Positions 59,041 through 64,000 of a stretch of 64,000 bases of DNA are shown in pieces; within the stretch, counting starts at the first letter, position 1; the number at the start of each line of letters is the position of its first letter. A program made the translations under genes and the position numbers. The notes below the pieces were generated by a model, which saw nothing but the letters and a program-made list of their open reading frames with translations, had not been told where the DNA came from and did not search any database. The DNA is from Amoebophrya sp. A120 (lineage: Eukaryota > Protista > Dinoflagellata): NCBI GenBank assembly GCA_905178155.1, contig CAJINV010000001.1, forward strand, positions 3,735,706 to 3,799,705, read 5' to 3'.

Positions 59041-62000
59041 ATGTCACGGCAAATGTCGGTGGCTCGGAGAAAGAACAAATCGAGTACTGGTAGCGGACTG
59101 ATGCAGAGAGGACCGACTCGAAGACTTGCTACCGCGTGTGCGGCGACTGCGCTGGCAGCCACCTCTGTGCTGGGAAGTAGAAGTGCGGGAGAAAGCAGTA
59201 CTAGTCCGGAACAGGAACGACCTCGTCACGATCCAGCGGCTGCCACGACCGCAGCAGAGAACGAGAGTTCATGCTCCTCTGTGGAAGTTGACGAAGACAA
59301 TCAGCGCGAACTCGCGGCTGACCGCAGTTCTTCACCCTCATCTCCGCCTGGATATGGGGGCTCAACTTCTTCGTCAACGAACCCCCATCAAGCCCCCAGT
59401 TCTTCAGGCAGGCTGAAAGTGCCGAAGTTTTCCTCGCAGAATTTGCGAGCGTCGTCTTCCACTTCCTCGCTGTTCTTGCAGATGGGTTCTGACGGGGCCG
59501 CCGGAGAGGCGAACACAAAGAACTCAGATGGTAAAAATTCGAAGGAACCGCATTACGATCCGGCGCACATCCACACGGACTTGGAGAAGCGGCTGGGGCA
59601 CTCTTTGGGATACGTGTTGAGGAAAAAGTCCGCGCGGCCAGACGACTACTACTTTTTCGAACAGCACGAGGCGAAGCACATCCACCCACCGCACGATCCG
59701 ACGGACCGGGGGCACCAGCCGGTGAGCGGGAGGATCCGGACGCACGGCTACGTGCCGTTCATGACCCACGTCGACGAAGAAACGCATTCCATGCTGCAGC
59801 TCGCGGAAGTATTCACAGAAAAAAACGCATCCACATCCATTTTTTGCATAGCAAACAGATGACTTGATACGTGTTCTGCATGACAAATTGGATGTGGATG
59901 GGTTTTTTTCTGTGGATAGGAAGACGACACCGAAATCCACGAGCGACCCTACCACTACGCGCCCTCAGCTAGCTCCCTGCGGAAACTGGACGCGCACCAT
60001 GAGGAAGTAAGGATGGTTTTCTCGCATGTGTATTTTTTGGTCCTCGTTTCGCTTTCATTCGCCCGCGCGCGTGCTGCGGCTGTTCTTCCTGACACATCAA
60101 TCAAGTAGAGCTTGTGAGGTAGCACGACGAAGATGAACATGAATCAGAGTCGCTTCCACGCCCGGAATCAAATTTCCATCGTAGGTGCGCGCCATGGTGC
60201 TCACGAAGAAAGACGCTGGGGAAAACACCGCGACCGCAGAGAACGTGCCACAGAGCACGCTACCAGAGCAGCCAAGAACGAGTGACGCAGTAGAAGAGCA
60301 GCGTCCGAAACAGTTCGGCAAGAAGAAGAATCTTCGTCCTCAGCGTACAACAGGAAGTTCCTGGATGCAGCAAACGCTGCAAAGTTCGTTTCCGAGTGCC
60401 CTTTCCGCGCAGGAGCCGCGGGATAGCAAGATTCAGAAGACGGTCACGGAGCAGGAAATCAACGTACAGGTGGACGGTATGTTCGCCGACAGTAGTACTA
60501 CTAACGCATATTACTCGTCTCCATCGTCATCTCCGGAGAGTGACTCCGAGGTGACGCTTTTGGATATCGACGAGGGCATGTTGCGGTCGAAATACCTCGC
60601 CGAGGCCGAGCGCGAGAACTTCTCCTGGACGTACAAGCTGCAGAGCGCCGTTTCGTCCTTTCTGCAAGACATCGCCAGCCACTTTACCGGGCACATTGAC
60701 CTGAAGCACCTGGGCGCGAAAGTGGGGGAACTACTGGCCCCCACGTGGTCCTCGGAAGAGAAGGAAGACAACGAGTCACTCACCGACGAGCTGGCGAAGA
60801 CGTACCACGGGGTGTTCAGCGAGAGCCACAAGACCACACCGCTGACGGACAAGCGCGACGCCACGTCGCAGCATTTGGGCACGATCTTCGTGGGGAGGCA
60901 GCAGCAGCGGCTCAACGTCATTTTCGACTCGGGATCCACAAACTTGTGGCTCGCAGCTGCGTATAGATACGATTGTTCTCAATGATTTTTGGTCTGATGC
61001 GAGGTCGAATCATGTTTAATTTTATTTGCGGACCGGTTCCGCCTTGCATTATTTTTTTCTTCTCACCAGCTGTGGCTGCAAAATGAGAGGGAAAACTTTG
61101 AAAATTAAAAAAACTTAACAGCGAGTGCGACAGCGTTCGGTGCCAGGAAAACAAGGAGACCCTGTACGACATTCACAAGTCGGGCAAGGAGGCGACCGAC
61201 CTGTGCAGTGTCGACCGGCAGGCGTGCAACTCGATCCGCATCGAATTTGGCTCTGGTTCGCTCGGGGGGCCCCTGGGCACGGACACGCTTTACCTGGCGG
61301 GGCACAAGATCGAAAACCAGCGGTTCGCGCTGATCCACGAGGAGAGCGGCTCGGTGTTTGACTCGCTGAAGTACGGCGGCATCATGGGCCTTGCGTTCGA
61401 GGACATGAGCTCGCCCCGGCTGAAGTCGGTGATCACCAACGCGATCGCCAACAACGTGTTCCAGGGGCAGAACATCATGGCCTTCTACTTCACGAAGAAC
61501 CCGAACATTCGGTCCGGCGCCTACTTTGGGGGTGTCAACCCGAGGGTGTACCACGGCGTGCCGGTCTGCTTGGACGTGCAGAAGGAGCATTACTGGCAAA
61601 CCGGGCTGAAGCGGATGGGCTTCCGGTTCGGGCCCCACGGGAAAACCAGCTGGGTCACGCATCCCGTGGGCGGCGATCCACCGAAAAGCATCTTCTGGGA
61701 CACAGGTTTTTGTTTTTTGATTTTGTGCATTTGATGTTGCGATGCAGCAATTCCAATAATTTATTTCGAAAACAAACAATAAAGCCCTTCTCGTATCACG
61801 GCAGAAAAAAACGACAAAAACTTTCAAATTTAAACGACAAGGTACTACCTGGAATGGCGGCCCGACTTACATGACGCGACACAATCTGGATTTCTTGCAC
61901 GCAAACGGTGGTTGGAATTCCGTGGAGTGTTCGAAGCTACACGTCAAGACCGGCACAGAGAAGATCCCTTACCTGGTTCTGGACTTGTGTATGGACACGG

Positions 62001-62572
62001 ATTGCGAAGATATCTACCGCGTCGTGCAGGTATTATCCGCGTGAGTTCAACACTTTATGCTGATACAATGCGAAAGCGAAAGAGTTTAGGTGGAAGCCTG
62101 GAAGGAGTTTTTGCTTACCTAGACCACAACAAATAAATCAAAAGTCAGCATTTCGATTTCGCCAGTGCGAAGGAAGTTGTCGTGCTTTTTATCAAAAGGA
62201 GAACTAAAGAATTTCGTTTGCGACTTTCCTAAAAACATCATTCAGCCTCCGGAGCAGTGGTACGTGGGCGGCGGCGGCGGGCTGTGCAAGCCCGCTTTCA
62301 TGTCCATCGACGTACCTCCGCCGTACGGGCCCGACATTTTTGTGACCGGGGAGATCTTCATGCGGTCGTTCTTCACGATTTTCGACCGGGGTTCGGAAAA
62401 CGGGAAGCAGTCCCGTGTGTGCATCGCGAAGAACAAAACGCCAAAGGAGCTGAGCGAAGCGGACTACGAACAGGCCACGGAACTGTCCAGTCCGCGGGTG
62501 GTGCACCGGGTTTTCGAGACGAGGCACCGCCCGGACGAGCCCTACGGCAAGGATGCGGATCGGGATGGATAA
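59041..62572 (+). CDS. Pepsin-family (A1) aspartic protease with a long prodomain, ASP3 / plasmepsin IX-X-like
   Basis: Catalytic IFDSGSTNLW and FWDTG(TT) motifs, flap IRIEFGSG, GGIMGLAF, and C-terminal CKPAFMSIDVP..YG..GEIFMRSFFTIFDR. A hydrophobic segment lies near the N-terminus. The subfamily is inferred. Confidence 0.88.
59810..59918. mobile_element. Smallest introner (109 bp), singleton TIR family
   Basis: TATTCACAGAAAAAAACGCATCCACATCCA ... TGGATGTGGATGGGTTTTTTTCTGTGGATA with a perfect ggaag repeat. Confidence 0.9.
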
Positions 62573-63372
62573 GAAGATTTACTTGGAACGGATCGCTTGT
62601 GACTCAAGAAAAGGATTGCCACTCTACGTCTACTCTTGTGAATGATATCGCACTCAAATGTACACTGAAAAATATTTACACCTTGAATGAAATAATTTGT
62701 TGTGGTATTTCAAAAGTATAGTCAAGCTAAAGAGTAAAAGTAATACGCGTTGGAAAAGGAAATTGAACCGAAAAAAAACGTATGTACCAAAAAACCATGT
62801 TGCAGACTTGCTACTTCCATGTACGAAAACATCGATCTTCAAAAAGAGTTTTTCAATAAAAGCTTCGCGCGTGCTTACATCTTACTGAAAATCAATTGAT
62901 TGTACTACCGATACTTGATGCATGTTGACAGGAGAACGTAGATACGGATTTGGGAGGAGTCTGTAGTAAAACCGACAAGAAAACGAGGTGACAGAAGTTC
63001 AATCTTGATGTTCTTGATTCTTCATGCGCTGCCTGACGCGTGCGTAAAACGGGCAAGAATGAAAACGAAGACAGAAGTCGCGGTCTGAAGGCCGTCTTCT
63101 AATGGGACTGGGAAAAGAAGCCCAAGCCTTAGCCTTGTTTGCGTACGAATTTGATTTGCCAATCAGAGGACGTCGGACACGACGAGCAAAACGAAAGAGT
63201 TACAACCCATTGTCAAGAATAAGCAAAAGCCGACACCAAAACGCAAATTCAAACGACAACAATAAACGTGTTTTTTTGTCTGGTGGGTAGTGCATCATCA
63301 AGAGTATTTCTCTGTTCCACTTTTTGCACTCAAGTGGTGCCAACTCACTATCTCGAAGAACAAGCCAAGATA

Positions 63373-64000
63373 ATGTCTGCAGCTTCTGTAGCGACGTGGA
63401 AGGCGGCACCTTCCCCGGCTTACGGAGCCTGGGTTGAAGGGCGCGTGCGAACATGCCTGACAAACCTCGAGGCGCGAGCAACGGAAGAGGTCAATGCGCG
63501 ACGCAGGTCTATTGAGCGCGACCCTTCAAAAACTGCTGACATCCTCAAGCAGGGCTCTGCGCTTGCGGAAACGATCAAAGGCCTCAGCGGGGTCTTGGAC
63601 CGGCACACTGCCTGTCTCCGCGCCGCGCGTGCAGGAAAGTTTTGCGAGCACGACGACTTATCACTCCTCGGGGTGACGAGCTGCTGCGTCTGGACTCCAG
63701 GGAAGGCAGTGGATCCAGCGACAACTACAGACACGGAAGACGGGGGCGGTCAGTTGCCCGCTCCTCCGGACGAGGCGGCTGCTGATCGTTTCGCTTTCGG
63801 CACCGCACTCGAAGAGTGCACGCGTACTGCGGTCCGGGCGGGTGGTGGACGAGTCTCAGTGAACATCAAACGCTCTCCCTCTCTGCACAGCAGCGCAGTA
63901 AAGACACTCGGAGACGAGATCTTGCAGGACCAAATGCGGGCATGGATGGTGGCTGTACGCCGGGGCTTTGGCAAGCCAGCACTAATGCCGAACTTCCCCG
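63373..64000 (+). CDS. Hypothetical protein, 5' part (runs off the window)
   Basis: ATG at 63373 opens a stop-free frame to the window end (MSAASVATWKAAPSPAYGAWVEGRV...). No recognisable domain. Confidence 0.5.
   Translation, partial: MSAASVATWKAAPSPAYGAWVEGRVRTCLTNLEARATEEVNARRRSIERDPSKTADILKQGSALAETIKGLSGVLDRHTACLRAARAGKFCEHDDLSLLGVTSCCVWTPGKAVDPATTTDTEDGGGQLPAPPDEAAADRFAFGTALEECTRTAVRAGGGRVSVNIKRSPSLHSSAVKTLGDEILQDQMRAWMVAVRRGFGKPALMPNFP

Overview
This is eukaryotic, intron-containing alveolate DNA. The unidirectional gene block, CPW-WPC and ASP3/plasmepsin IX/X-like genes, TTTAGGG-like repeats and non-canonical introns best fit a syndinian dinoflagellate such as Amoebophrya (inference). 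About 14 genes lie on the + strand: VPS28, a CPW-WPC protein, FIG4/SAC3, a putative TET/JBP-like 2OG-Fe(II) dioxygenase with UIMs, a MORN protein, a C2 protein, an SR splicing factor, CCT5, a TBC Rab-GAP, an IQ-like protein, UMP1/POMP, an aspartic protease and hypothetical proteins. The dominant hidden structure is a set of 16 short (109-305 bp) introner-like elements from about 9 terminal-inverted-repeat (TIR) families. They sit inside coding exons and share the architecture 5-bp direct repeat + TAT...ATA TIRs + 5-bp direct repeat. Removing each element plus one repeat copy restores the reading frame, and in the conserved genes it restores family motifs, although almost none offer GT-AG ends. 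Unrelated families share an internal GCAT(C/G/T)ACAA motif, and one family occurs in both orientations. A 2.65-kb TIR element with the same 5-bp duplication logic interrupts another ORF. Also present are a Harbinger-like MITE, a foldback element, and a 3.4-kb intron containing three extra copies of its own exon end and donor site. All coordinates were read by hand, and no splicing is proven without RNA data.
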